The notes under the pieces were generated by a model. The model saw nothing but the letters and a program-made list of their open reading frames with translations, did no database searches and had not been told where the DNA came from. Shown in pieces: positions 47,094 through 56,701 of a DNA stretch of 64,000 nucleotides. A program made the translations under genes and the position numbers. Within the stretch, counting starts at the first letter, position 1. Every line of letters begins with the position of its first letter. Source of the DNA: Escherichia coli (GTDB lineage: Bacteria > Pseudomonadota > Gammaproteobacteria > Enterobacterales > Enterobacteriaceae); the NCBI RefSeq assembly GCF_048403405.1, contig NZ_CP183129.1, one strand, 5' to 3'.

Positions 47094-48000
47094 TAGCTAT
47101 GCCCGGCAGGTCAAACTGTTGATGGCCGCTCTGCCGTATGTGGCGAAGGAGTCCTGTTTCGCGTTGAAAGGCGGCACCGCAATCAATTTGTTTGTGCAGG
47201 ATTTTCCCCGTCTGTCGGTGGATATTGATCTGGCGTACAAGAGCTTTGCGGATCGCGATACTGATTTGGCGGCTATCAACGACGCTTTGAAGAGGATTAC
47301 TGCATCGCTGAACGGCAGACCGGGGATCACCGCGATTCGGCAGGAAAATAAAGCGGATGAAAAGCGCATCATTGTGAATACCGCTGATGCAAAGATTAAG
47401 ATCGAGGTTAGCCCGGTCTGGCGCGGGCTGTTGTTGCCTCCGGCAGAAATGCCTGTGTGCGAACGTGTGGAAATGGAGTATGGCTTCACCACCATGAGTG
47501 TCGTCTCGCTGGCGGATCTTTATGGCGGTAAAATCTGCGCTGCGCTTGATCGTCAGCACCCGCGCGATCTGTTTGATGTGCTGAATATGCTGGAGAAACC
47601 GGGACTGATGCGGGAGATCTTTGACGGTTTTCTTTGTTATCTGGCAGGCCATCCCCGCCCCATCGCCGAGTTGCTGGCTCCAAACTGGGATACAGAGCGG
47701 ATCGCCACGTTGTACGCGCAGGAATTTTCGGGGATGACTCAGCAGGAAACGTCGCTGGAATCGCTGCTGTCAGTAACGACTTTGCTGCCGCAGGCGTTGA
47801 AGTCACATCTTACGGATCTGGATCGCGAGTTCTTGCTCAGTTTTAAGCAAAACAGCCCTGACTGGTCGCGGTATCGCTATCCTGAAATTCAGCATCTTCC
47901 GGCTATTCGCTGGAAGCAACGTAATCTGGCGGTGCTGAAAGATAAAAATCCGGCGAAGTATGTGGCGGCGGTGAATAAGCTAGAGAGGGTGCTGGCGTAA
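47080..48000 (+). CDS. AbiEii-like nucleotidyltransferase toxin (DUF1814 family)
   Basis: 306-aa ORF with GGAG Shine-Dalgarno; N-terminal nucleotidyltransferase motif LKGGTAINLF...LSVDIDLAY typical of AbiEii/AbiGii toxins. Confidence 0.8.
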   Translation: MDLRDSYARQVKLLMAALPYVAKESCFALKGGTAINLFVQDFPRLSVDIDLAYKSFADRDTDLAAINDALKRITASLNGRPGITAIRQENKADEKRIIVNTADAKIKIEVSPVWRGLLLPPAEMPVCERVEMEYGFTTMSVVSLADLYGGKICAALDRQHPRDLFDVLNMLEKPGLMREIFDGFLCYLAGHPRPIAELLAPNWDTERIATLYAQEFSGMTQQETSLESLLSVTTLLPQALKSHLTDLDREFLLSFKQNSPDWSRYRYPEIQHLPAIRWKQRNLAVLKDKNPAKYVAAVNKLERVLA

Positions 48001-48364
48001 TCAATAGACCAGCATTAATCACGGATGATTACCAATCAGACAGATATGGTTAAATCATCGAATTCATAATTAATACTTTTTCTTACGCCGCTGAACAGCT
48101 TGAAAAGGATACATATTTTAAATATCAGTGAAGTGGACAGTTTATTGCCGTTATTAATAGAGATGGAGGAATAAATACGCGTATTCTACTATTGCAACAA
48201 AAACAACGATGATGATCAGTTTTCATAATGAAGTAACCTGACAGATATAAAAATGTTGATTGAGGCTCAATGCCCGGATGAAGGTTGTCGAGGGAGCCAG
48301 GTGGTTTTTTCTTTTGGGTGATCTCCATTGCTGGATAGTCCCCTCTTTCTCGCTCAAAGCAGAC

Positions 48365-48689
48365 TGTACTGCACCCATTTTGTTGGACGATGAAATGGAA
48401 TAGCCCCTAATATGTCAAAGCCAAAATACCCTTTTGAAAAGCGCCTTGAAGTCGTGAATCACTACTTCACAACTGATGATGGTTACAGGATCATCTCGGC
48501 ACGTTTTGGTGTCCCCCGAACCCAGGTCAGGACATGGGTTGCCCTCTATGAAAAACATGGAGAAAAAGGTTTAATTCCCAAACCTAAAGGCGTTAGTGCT
48601 GATCCAGAGTTGCGTATTAAGGTCGTGAAAGCTGTGATCGAGCAGCACATGTCCCTTAATCAGGCTGCTGCTCACTTTATGCTTGCTGG
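48365..48689 (+). mobile_element. IS150 5' fragment (325 bp), truncated by IS26
   Basis: Begins with the IS150 terminal repeat TGTACTGCACCCATTTTG and is identical in protein sequence to the start of insJ in the full copy at 27720-29162; ends abruptly at the IS26 terminus. Confidence 0.9.
48412..48689 (+). pseudogene. insJ: insJ fragment (first ~92 codons of IS150 OrfA)
   Basis: MSKPKYPFEKR...AAAHFMLAG, then the frame reads into IS26. Confidence 0.85.
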
Positions 48690-49509
48690 GGCACTGTTGC
48701 AAATAGTCGGTGGTGATAAACTTATCATCCCCTTTTGCTGATGGAGCTGCACATGAACCCATTCAAAGGCCGGCATTTTCAGCGTGACATCATTCTGTGG
48801 GCCGTACGCTGGTACTGCAAATACGGCATCAGTTACCGTGAGCTGCAGGAGATGCTGGCTGAACGCGGAGTGAATGTCGATCACTCCACGATTTACCGCT
48901 GGGTTCAGCGTTATGCGCCTGAAATGGAAAAACGGCTGCGCTGGTACTGGCGTAACCCTTCCGATCTTTGCCCGTGGCACATGGATGAAACCTACGTGAA
49001 GGTCAATGGCCGCTGGGCGTATCTGTACCGGGCCGTCGACAGCCGGGGCCGCACTGTCGATTTTTATCTCTCCTCCCGTCGTAACAGCAAAGCTGCATAC
49101 CGGTTTCTGGGTAAAATCCTCAACAACGTGAAGAAGTGGCAGATCCCACGATTCATCAACACGGATAAAGCGCCCGCCTATGGTCGCGCGCTTGCTCTGC
49201 TCAAACGCGAAGGCCGGTGCCCGTCTGACGTTGAACACCGACAGATTAAGTACCGGAACAACGTGATTGAATGCGATCATGGCAAACTGAAACGGATAAT
49301 CAACGCCACGCTGGGATTTAAATCCATGAAGACGGCTTACGCCACCATCAAAGGTATTGAGGTGATGCGTGCACTACGCAAAGGCCAGGCCTCAGCATTT
49401 TATTATGGTGATCCCCTGGGCGAAATGCGCCTGGTAAGCAGAGTTTTTGAAATGTAAGGCCTTTGAATAAGACAAAAGGCTGCCTCATCGCTAACTTTGC
49501 AACAGTGCC
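48690..49509 (+). mobile_element. IS26 (IS6 family), 820-bp copy 2
   Basis: Same termini as copy 1, same orientation; one nucleotide differs from copy 1 (G at 48838 versus A at 41319). Confidence 0.95.
48753..49457 (+). CDS. tnpA: IS26 transposase Tnp26
   Basis: 234-aa ORF with ...GISYRELQEM..., the form recalled as canonical for Tnp26. Confidence 0.95.
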   Translation: MNPFKGRHFQRDIILWAVRWYCKYGISYRELQEMLAERGVNVDHSTIYRWVQRYAPEMEKRLRWYWRNPSDLCPWHMDETYVKVNGRWAYLYRAVDSRGRTVDFYLSSRRNSKAAYRFLGKILNNVKKWQIPRFINTDKAPAYGRALALLKREGRCPSDVEHRQIKYRNNVIECDHGKLKRIINATLGFKSMKTAYATIKGIEVMRALRKGQASAFYYGDPLGEMRLVSRVFEM

Positions 49510-51543
49510 AAACCGTTAGCGATTATGGTTCCGGCGTGGAATGAAACGGGCGTCATCGGCAATATGGCCGAGCTGGCGGCGACCACGCTCGACTATGAAA
49601 ACTATCATATCTTTGTTGGCACCTACCCCAACGACCCCGATACACAGCGTGATGTTGACGAAGTGTGCGCTCGCTTCCCGAACGTGCATAAGGTAGTCTG
49701 CGCGCGTCCTGGCCCCACCAGCAAAGCCGACTGCCTGAACAACGTGCTGGACGCCATCACCCAGTTTGAGCGTAGCGCCAATTTCGCTTTTGCTGGTTTT
49801 ATTCTGCATGACGCCGAAGACGTAATTTCACCGATGGAATTGCGTCTGTTCAACTATCTGGTCGAGCGTAAAGATCTGATTCAGATCCCGGTGTATCCGT
49901 TCGAACGCGAATGGACGCACTTCACCAGCATGACTTACATTGATGAGTTTTCAGAACTGCATGGCAAAGATGTTCCGGTGCGTGAAGCCCTCGCCGGACA
50001 AGTGCCCAGCGCAGGCGTCGGTACCTGTTTCAGCCGCCGCGCCGTGACCGCACTGTTAGCTGACGGTGACGGTATTGCTTTCGACGTGCAGAGTCTTACT
50101 GAAGATTACGACATTGGTTTCCGCCTGAAAGAAAAAGGTATGACGGAAATTTTTGTCCGTTTTCCGGTGGTGGACGAAGCCAAAGAACGCGAGCAGCGTA
50201 AATTTTTACAGCACGCGCGGACGTCAAACATGATCTGCATGCGCGAATATTTCCCTGATACCTTTTCGACTGCGGTTCGACAAAAATCTCGCTGGATCAT
50301 CGGCATTGTTTTCCAGGGCTTTAAAACCCACAAATGGACCTCCAGCCTGACGCTGAACTACTTTCTCTGGCGCGACCGCAAAGGGGCAATCAGTAACTTT
50401 GTCAGCTTTCTCGCGATGCTGGTGATGATCCAGCTTCTGCTGTTACTGGCGTATGAAAGTTTGTGGCCCGATGCCTGGCATTTCCTTTCTATTTTCAGCG
50501 GCAGCGCATGGTTAATGACCCTGCTGTGGCTAAACTTTGGTTTGATGGTTAACCGCATCGTGCAGCGGGTGATTTTTGTCACTGGCTACTACGGTCTGAC
50601 GCAGGGGCTGCTATCTGTCCTGCGTCTTTTCTGGGGCAACCTGATTAACTTCATGGCCAACTGGCGCGCGTTAAAACAGGTACTTCAACACGGCGATCCA
50701 CGTCGTGTCGCGTGGGATAAAACAACGCATGACTTCCCCAGCGTGACTGGCGATACCCGCTCGTTGCGCCCGTTAGGCCAAATTCTGCTGGAAAATCAGG
50801 TCATCACTGAAGAACAACTCGATACAGCACTGCGTAATCGCGTCGAAGGTCTACGCCTGGGCGGTTCAATGCTGATGCAGGGGCTGATTAGCGCCGAACA
50901 GCTGGCACAGGCGCTGGCAGAGCAAAACGGCGTGGCGTGGGAATCCATCGACGCCTGGCAGATCCCGTCCTCGCTGATTGCCGAAATGCCGGCCTCCGTG
51001 GCGCTGCATTATGCAGTGCTGCCGCTGCGTCTGGAAAATGATGAGTTAATTGTCGGCAGTGAAGATGGTATTGACCCGGTTTCGCTGGCGGCCCTGACGC
51101 GTAAAGTCGGACGCAAAGTGCGTTACGTCATTGTTCTGCGGGGACAAATTGTCACGGGGTTACGTCACTGGTATGCACGCCGACGCGGTCACGATCCGCG
51201 GGCAATGTTGTACAATGCGATTCAGCATCAGTGGCTCACGGAACAGCAGGCCGGTGAAATCTGGCGGCAATATGTGCCGCATCAGTTCCTGTTCGCCGAA
51301 ATACTGACCACGCTCGGTCATATTAATCGTTCAGCAATTAACGTGTTGTTATTGCGCCATGAACGCAGTTCTCTGCCGCTCGGCAAGTTTTTGGTCACCG
51401 AAGGCGTTATCAGCCAGGAAACGTTGGATCGCGTCCTGACAATTCAACGCGAATTACAAGTTTCGATGCAATCACTATTACTCAAAGCAGGTTTAAACAC
51501 AGAACAGGTTGCGCAACTGGAGTCCGAAAATGAAGGAGAATAA
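49510..51543 (+). pseudogene. nfrB: phage N4 adsorption protein B (glycosyltransferase family 2), 5'-truncated by IS26
   Basis: The frame is open from the IS26 junction; the first Met gives 672 aa against a recalled native length of about 745 aa, so N-terminal membrane segments and the promoter are missing. Confidence 0.85.
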
Positions 51544-54502
51544 CCTTAATCGCGTCATCGGATGGTCTGGTTTACTGCTGACGTCTTTATTGAGTACCAG
51601 CGCACTCGCAGACAATATCGGCACCAGCGCAGAAGAGCTGGGGCTGAGCGATTATCGCCATTTTGTTATTTATCCCCGTCTCGATAAGGCGCTGAAGGCA
51701 CAGAAAAATAACGACGAAGCAACCGCCATCCGCGAATTTGAATATATACACCAACAGGTGCCGGATAATATTCCGCTAACTTTATACCTTGCGGAAGCCT
51801 ATCGCCATTTTGGTCATGATGACCGGGCGCGGCTGTTGCTTGAGGATCAACTGAAACGTCACCCAGGAGATGCCCGACTTGAGCGCAGTCTGGCGGCTAT
51901 TCCAGTTGAAGTGAAAAGCGTTACGACTGTTGAAGAACTGCTTGCCCAGCAAAAAGCGTGCGACGCTGCGCCGACCCTGCGTTGTCGCAGTGAAGTCGGG
52001 CAGAATGCCCTGCGGCTGGCACAATTACCTGTCGCCAGAGCGCAACTGAACGATGCGACGTTTACTGCATCGCCGGAAGGAAAAACGCTGCGAACCGATC
52101 TGCTGCAACGCGCAATCTACCTGAAACAATGGTCCCAGGCAGATACGCTATACAATGAAACACGCCAGCAGAACACATTAAGCGCGGCAGAACGCCGCCA
52201 GTGGTTTGATGTGCTTCTTGCCGGGCATCTGGACGATCGGATCCTGGCGCTGCAATCACAGGGGATCTTCACCGATCCTCAGTCATATATTACTTACGCG
52301 ACCGCGCTGGCTTATCGTGGCGAAAAAGCACGCCTCCAGCATTATCTCATTGAAAATACGCCGCTATTTACCACGGACGCACAAGAGAAAAGTTGGCTCT
52401 ATCTGTTATCTAAATACAGCGCCAACCCCGTTCAGGCGTTGGCGAATTATACGGTACAGTTTGCCGACAACCACCAGTATGTTGTTGGCGCGACGCTACC
52501 GGTGCTGTTAAAAGAAGGTCAGTACGACGCAGCGCAAAAACTGCTCGCCACCCTCCCCGCCAATGAAATGCTTGAGGAGCGTTATACCGTTAGCGTGGCG
52601 ACCCATAACAAGGCTGAAGCTCTGCGTCTGGCACGATTGCTGTATCAGCAAGAACCGGCAAATCTTACCCGCCTGGATCAACTGACCTGGCAACTGATGC
52701 AGAACGAGCAGTCACGCGAAGCTGCCGATTTATTGCTGCAACGCTATCCTTTCCAGGGCGATGCGCGTGTCAGCCAGACTTTAATGGCGCGACTGGCGTC
52801 TCTGCTGGAAAGTCATCCTTACCTGGCAACTCCGGCGAAGGTGGCGATTTTATCGAAACCCTTACCGCTGGCGGAGCAACGTCAGTGGCAAAGTCAGTTG
52901 CCGGGTATTGCAGATAATTGCCCGGCAATAGTTCGCTTGCTGGGCGATATGTCGCCTTCCTACGATGCCGCCGCCTGGAACCGTCTGGCAAAGTGTTATC
53001 GGGACACGCTACCCGGTGTGGCGTTGTATGCATGGCTTCAGGCCGAACAACGACAACCGAACGCCTGGCAACATCGTGCGGTAGCCTATCAGGCGTATCA
53101 GGTTGAGGACTACGCCACCGCACTGGCGGCCTGGCAGAAAATCAGTCTTCACGACATGAGCAATGAGGATCTGCTTGCTGCTGCCAATACCGCCCAGGCG
53201 GCAGGAAATGGTGCGGCTCGCGATCGCTGGCTTCAGCAGGCAGAACAACGTGGGCTGGGAAACAATGCCCTCTACTGGTGGCTACATGCGCAACGTTACA
53301 TTCCTGGTCAGCCGGAACTCGCACTGAACGATCTCACGCGCTCAATCAATATTGCGCCTTCTGCCAACGCTTACGTTGCGCGGGCGACAATTTATCGCCA
53401 ACGTCATAATGTCCCGGCGGCGGTGAGTGATTTGCGCGCCGCACTGGAACTGGAACCGAATAATAGCAACACCCAAGCAGCGCTCGGTTACGCCTTGTGG
53501 GATAGCGGTGATATCGCACAGTCGCGGGAAATGCTCGAACAGGCGCATAAAGGGCTACCGGACGATCCGGCACTTATCCGACAACTGGCCTACGTGAACC
53601 AGCGTCTGGATGACATGCCTGCGACGCAGCACTACGCCCGGCTGGTGATTGATGACATTGATAATCAGGCGCTGATAACCCCACTGACCCCAGAGCAAAA
53701 TCAGCAACGCTTCAATTTCCGCCGTCTGCATGAGGAGGTCGGTCGCCGCTGGACGTTCAGTTTCGATTCTTCCATCGGCTTGCGTTCCGGCGCGATGAGT
53801 ACCGCTAACAATAATGTCGGCGGCGCAGCGCCAGGGAAAAGCTATCGTAGCTACGGGCAACTGGAAGCCGAGTACCGCATCGGACGCAATATGCTGCTGG
53901 AAGGCGACCTGCTCTCAGTTTATAGCCGCGTCTTTGCCGATACCGGAGAAAACGGGGTGATGATGCCGGTGAAAAATCCGATGTCCGGCACCGGTCTGCG
54001 CTGGAAGCCGCTGCGCGATCAGATCGTTTTCCTCGCCGTCGAACAGCAGTTGCCGCTGAACGGGCAAAATGGCGCATCCGATACCATGCTGCGCGCCAGC
54101 GCCTCATTCTTTAATGGCGGCAAATACAGCGACGAATGGCACCCGAACGGTTCAGGCTGGTTTGCCCAAAACCTGTACCTCGATGCGGCGCAATATGTCC
54201 GCCAGGATATTCAGGCGTGGACGGCAGATTATCGCGTAAGCTGGCATCAGAAGGTGGCGAACGGACAGACTATTGAGCCTTACGCTCACGTTCAGGACAA
54301 CGGTTATCGTGATAAAGGCACTCAGGGCGCGCAGCTTGGCGGTGTCGGGGTCCGCTGGAATATCTGGACCGGCGAGACGCACTACGACGCCTGGCCGCAC
54401 AAAGTCAGTCTCGGCGTCGAATATCAACATACCTTTAAGGCGATTAATCAACGTAACGGAGAGCGCAACAACGCGTTTCTCACCATTGGAGTGCACTGGT
54501 AA
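51530..54502 (+). CDS. nfrA: phage N4 adsorption protein A (outer membrane)
   Basis: Start at MKENNLNRVIGWSG; about 990 aa; overlaps the nfrB 3' end. Confidence 0.9.
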   Translation: MKENNLNRVIGWSGLLLTSLLSTSALADNIGTSAEELGLSDYRHFVIYPRLDKALKAQKNNDEATAIREFEYIHQQVPDNIPLTLYLAEAYRHFGHDDRARLLLEDQLKRHPGDARLERSLAAIPVEVKSVTTVEELLAQQKACDAAPTLRCRSEVGQNALRLAQLPVARAQLNDATFTASPEGKTLRTDLLQRAIYLKQWSQADTLYNETRQQNTLSAAERRQWFDVLLAGHLDDRILALQSQGIFTDPQSYITYATALAYRGEKARLQHYLIENTPLFTTDAQEKSWLYLLSKYSANPVQALANYTVQFADNHQYVVGATLPVLLKEGQYDAAQKLLATLPANEMLEERYTVSVATHNKAEALRLARLLYQQEPANLTRLDQLTWQLMQNEQSREAADLLLQRYPFQGDARVSQTLMARLASLLESHPYLATPAKVAILSKPLPLAEQRQWQSQLPGIADNCPAIVRLLGDMSPSYDAAAWNRLAKCYRDTLPGVALYAWLQAEQRQPNAWQHRAVAYQAYQVEDYATALAAWQKISLHDMSNEDLLAAANTAQAAGNGAARDRWLQQAEQRGLGNNALYWWLHAQRYIPGQPELALNDLTRSINIAPSANAYVARATIYRQRHNVPAAVSDLRAALELEPNNSNTQAALGYALWDSGDIAQSREMLEQAHKGLPDDPALIRQLAYVNQRLDDMPATQHYARLVIDDIDNQALITPLTPEQNQQRFNFRRLHEEVGRRWTFSFDSSIGLRSGAMSTANNNVGGAAPGKSYRSYGQLEAEYRIGRNMLLEGDLLSVYSRVFADTGENGVMMPVKNPMSGTGLRWKPLRDQIVFLAVEQQLPLNGQNGASDTMLRASASFFNGGKYSDEWHPNGSGWFAQNLYLDAAQYVRQDIQAWTADYRVSWHQKVANGQTIEPYAHVQDNGYRDKGTQGAQLGGVGVRWNIWTGETHYDAWPHKVSLGVEYQHTFKAINQRNGERNNAFLTIGVHW

Positions 54503-55393
54503 ATGCGTAAGTTCATTTTCGTATTGCTGACACTGCTTTTGGTCAGCCCTTTTTCCTTTGCGATGAAAGGTATTATCTGGCAACCACAAAACCGTGATAG
54601 TCAGGTTACCGATACCCAGTGGCAGGGGCTGATGAGTCAGTTACGTTTGCAAGGCTTCGATACCCTGGTTTTGCAATGGACCCGTTACGGCGATGCATTC
54701 ACCCAGCCAGAACAGCGCGCGTTATTGTTTAAGCGTGCAGCAGCTGCGCAACAGGCTGGCCTGAAGCTGATTGTCGGGCTGAATGCCGATCCGGAATTTT
54801 TTATGCACCAGAAACAGTCATCCGCGGCGCTGGAAAGCTATCTTAACCGCCTACTGGCTGCCGATCTCCAGCAAGCCAGATTATGGAGCGCCGTACCTGG
54901 CGTAACGCCGGATGGCTGGTACATCAGCGCGGAAATTGACGACCTGAACTGGCGCAGCGAAGCCGCCCGTCAGCCTTTGCTGACATGGTTAAACAACGCG
55001 CAGCGGTTGATTAGCGATGTTTCAGCAAAACCGGTTTATATCAGTAGTTTTTTCGCCGGAAACATGTCGCCCGATGGCTATCGCCAACTGCTGGAACAAG
55101 TTAAAACAACCGGCGTTAATGTCTGGGTACAGGATGGCAGCGGCGTGAATAAACTTACCGCTGAACAGCGTGAACGTTATCTACAGGCCAGCGCCGATTG
55201 CCAAAGCTCCGCCCCAGCAAGCGGCATTGTTTATGAACTGTTTGTCGCCGGCAAAGGCAAAACCTTTACAGCGAAACCGAAACCGGATGCAGAGATCGCC
55301 TCGCTGTTAGCGAAACGTTCCTCTTGCGGTAAAGACACGCTCTATTTCTCTCTGCGCTATTTGCCCGTTGCGCACGGCATTCTCGAGTATTAA
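54503..55393 (+). CDS. ybcH: conserved protein YbcH
   Basis: 296-aa ORF with signal peptide; synteny. Confidence 0.85.
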   Translation: MRKFIFVLLTLLLVSPFSFAMKGIIWQPQNRDSQVTDTQWQGLMSQLRLQGFDTLVLQWTRYGDAFTQPEQRALLFKRAAAAQQAGLKLIVGLNADPEFFMHQKQSSAALESYLNRLLAADLQQARLWSAVPGVTPDGWYISAEIDDLNWRSEAARQPLLTWLNNAQRLISDVSAKPVYISSFFAGNMSPDGYRQLLEQVKTTGVNVWVQDGSGVNKLTAEQRERYLQASADCQSSAPASGIVYELFVAGKGKTFTAKPKPDAEIASLLAKRSSCGKDTLYFSLRYLPVAHGILEY

Positions 55394-55575
55394 ATCTCCT
55401 CCAGGTAAGTCGGGTACGACCTGGCTTACCTCTTTCGCTCTCGTCAGAATTCCATCAAGATTAATTGCTAAAAAGCGTGCTAAAGAAAGAAGATCGTTAT
55501 CGGCGAACGGGCCGATCACTCATGCAGGAAGCATAGATCCTTTGAGCGGAGTTTCTGATATCTGAGGAGTGCGAA

Positions 55576-56337
55576 ATGCAATTGAGCAGCAGTGAACCTT
55601 GCGTGGTGATCCTGACCGAAAAAGAGGTAGAGGTAAGCGTCAATAACCATGCTACGTTTACCCTTCCGAAAAACTACCTGGCCGCCTTCGCGTGCAACAA
55701 TAACGTCATTGAACTCTCAACGTTAAATCACGTATTAATCACCCACATCAACCGTAACATCATCAACGATTATCTGTTGTTTTTAAATAAGAACTTAACC
55801 TGTGTAAAGCCCTGGTCGCGGCTGGCTACCCCGGTTATCGCTTGTCATAGCCGTACACCGGAAGTGTTCCGGCTAGCCGCCAACCACAGCAAGCAGCAAC
55901 CCAGCAAACCCTGCGAAGCGGAGTTGACGCGCGCATTGCTTTTTACCGTATTGTCTAACTTTCTTGAGCAATCGCGGTTTATTGCCCTACTGATGTATAT
56001 CTTACGCAGCAGCGTCCGCGACAGCGTCTGCCGCATTATTCAAAGCGATATTCAGCATTACTGGAATCTGCGAATTGTCGCCAGTTCGCTATGTTTAAGC
56101 CCCAGCCTGCTCAAAAAGAAATTAAAAAACGAAAATACCAGCTATAGCCAGATTGTCACAGAGTGTCGTATGCGTTACGCCGTACAGATGTTATTGATGG
56201 ATAACAAAAATATCACTCAGGTAGCGCAATTATGTGGCTATAGCAGCACGTCGTACTTTATCTCTGTTTTTAAGGCGTTTTACGGCCTGACACCGTTGAA
56301 TTATCTCGCCAAACAGCGACAAAAAGTGATGTGGTGA
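55576..56337 (+). CDS. envY: AraC-family porin thermoregulator
   Basis: 253-aa ORF with C-terminal AraC HTH; matches EnvY. Confidence 0.85.
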   Translation: MQLSSSEPCVVILTEKEVEVSVNNHATFTLPKNYLAAFACNNNVIELSTLNHVLITHINRNIINDYLLFLNKNLTCVKPWSRLATPVIACHSRTPEVFRLAANHSKQQPSKPCEAELTRALLFTVLSNFLEQSRFIALLMYILRSSVRDSVCRIIQSDIQHYWNLRIVASSLCLSPSLLKKKLKNENTSYSQIVTECRMRYAVQMLLMDNKNITQVAQLCGYSSTSYFISVFKAFYGLTPLNYLAKQRQKVMW

Positions 56338-56382
56338 AGGGCAAAGCGGAAACGGATAGGACGGGGATAAATGAAGAAGAAA

Positions 56383-56459
56383 TGGCGCGCCCTGCAGGAT
56401 TCGAACCTGCGGCCCACGACTTAGAAGGTCGTTGCTCTATCCAACTGAGCTAAGGGCGC
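56383..56459 (-). tRNA. argU: tRNA-Arg (anticodon UCU)
   Basis: The reverse complement reads GCGCCCTTAGCTCAGTTGGATAGAGCAACGACCTTCTAAGTCGTGGGCCGCAGGTTCGAATCCTGCAGGGCGCGCCA: cloverleaf, UCU anticodon, 3' CCA. Confidence 0.9.
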
Positions 56460-56701
56460 GTTGATACCGCAATGCGGTGTAATCGCGTGAATTATACGGT
56501 CAACCCTTGCTGAGTCAATGGCTTTTGATCTGGTTGCTGAACAAGTGAACGACCGCGTCTGATTTTCTGATTTATTTCGCTATAGCGGCAAACAAACGTA
56601 CACCGCTGCGCGTCTGAATCAAGAAAACCCGTATTTTCATGTATCAAAGTACAATTTCCCGCCCTAACGGAAAATTGTCCGATCCTATGAGACTGGTAAC
56701 T

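Larger units (their letters stand above)
41171..49509. mobile_element. IS26-bounded composite segment (pseudo-compound transposon-like) carrying defence cargo
   Basis: Two direct IS26 copies bracket 6.7 kb of non-core DNA at the position expected for cusS-cusR; no 8-bp target duplications at outer or inner junctions. Confidence 0.7.

Noticed and set aside
48125-48328. 67-aa ORF in the AT-rich spacer between abiEii and the IS150 fragment
   Set aside because: Opposite strand to neighbours, no ribosome-binding site, Cys-rich nonsense-like sequence; the region is more likely noncoding remnant DNA.
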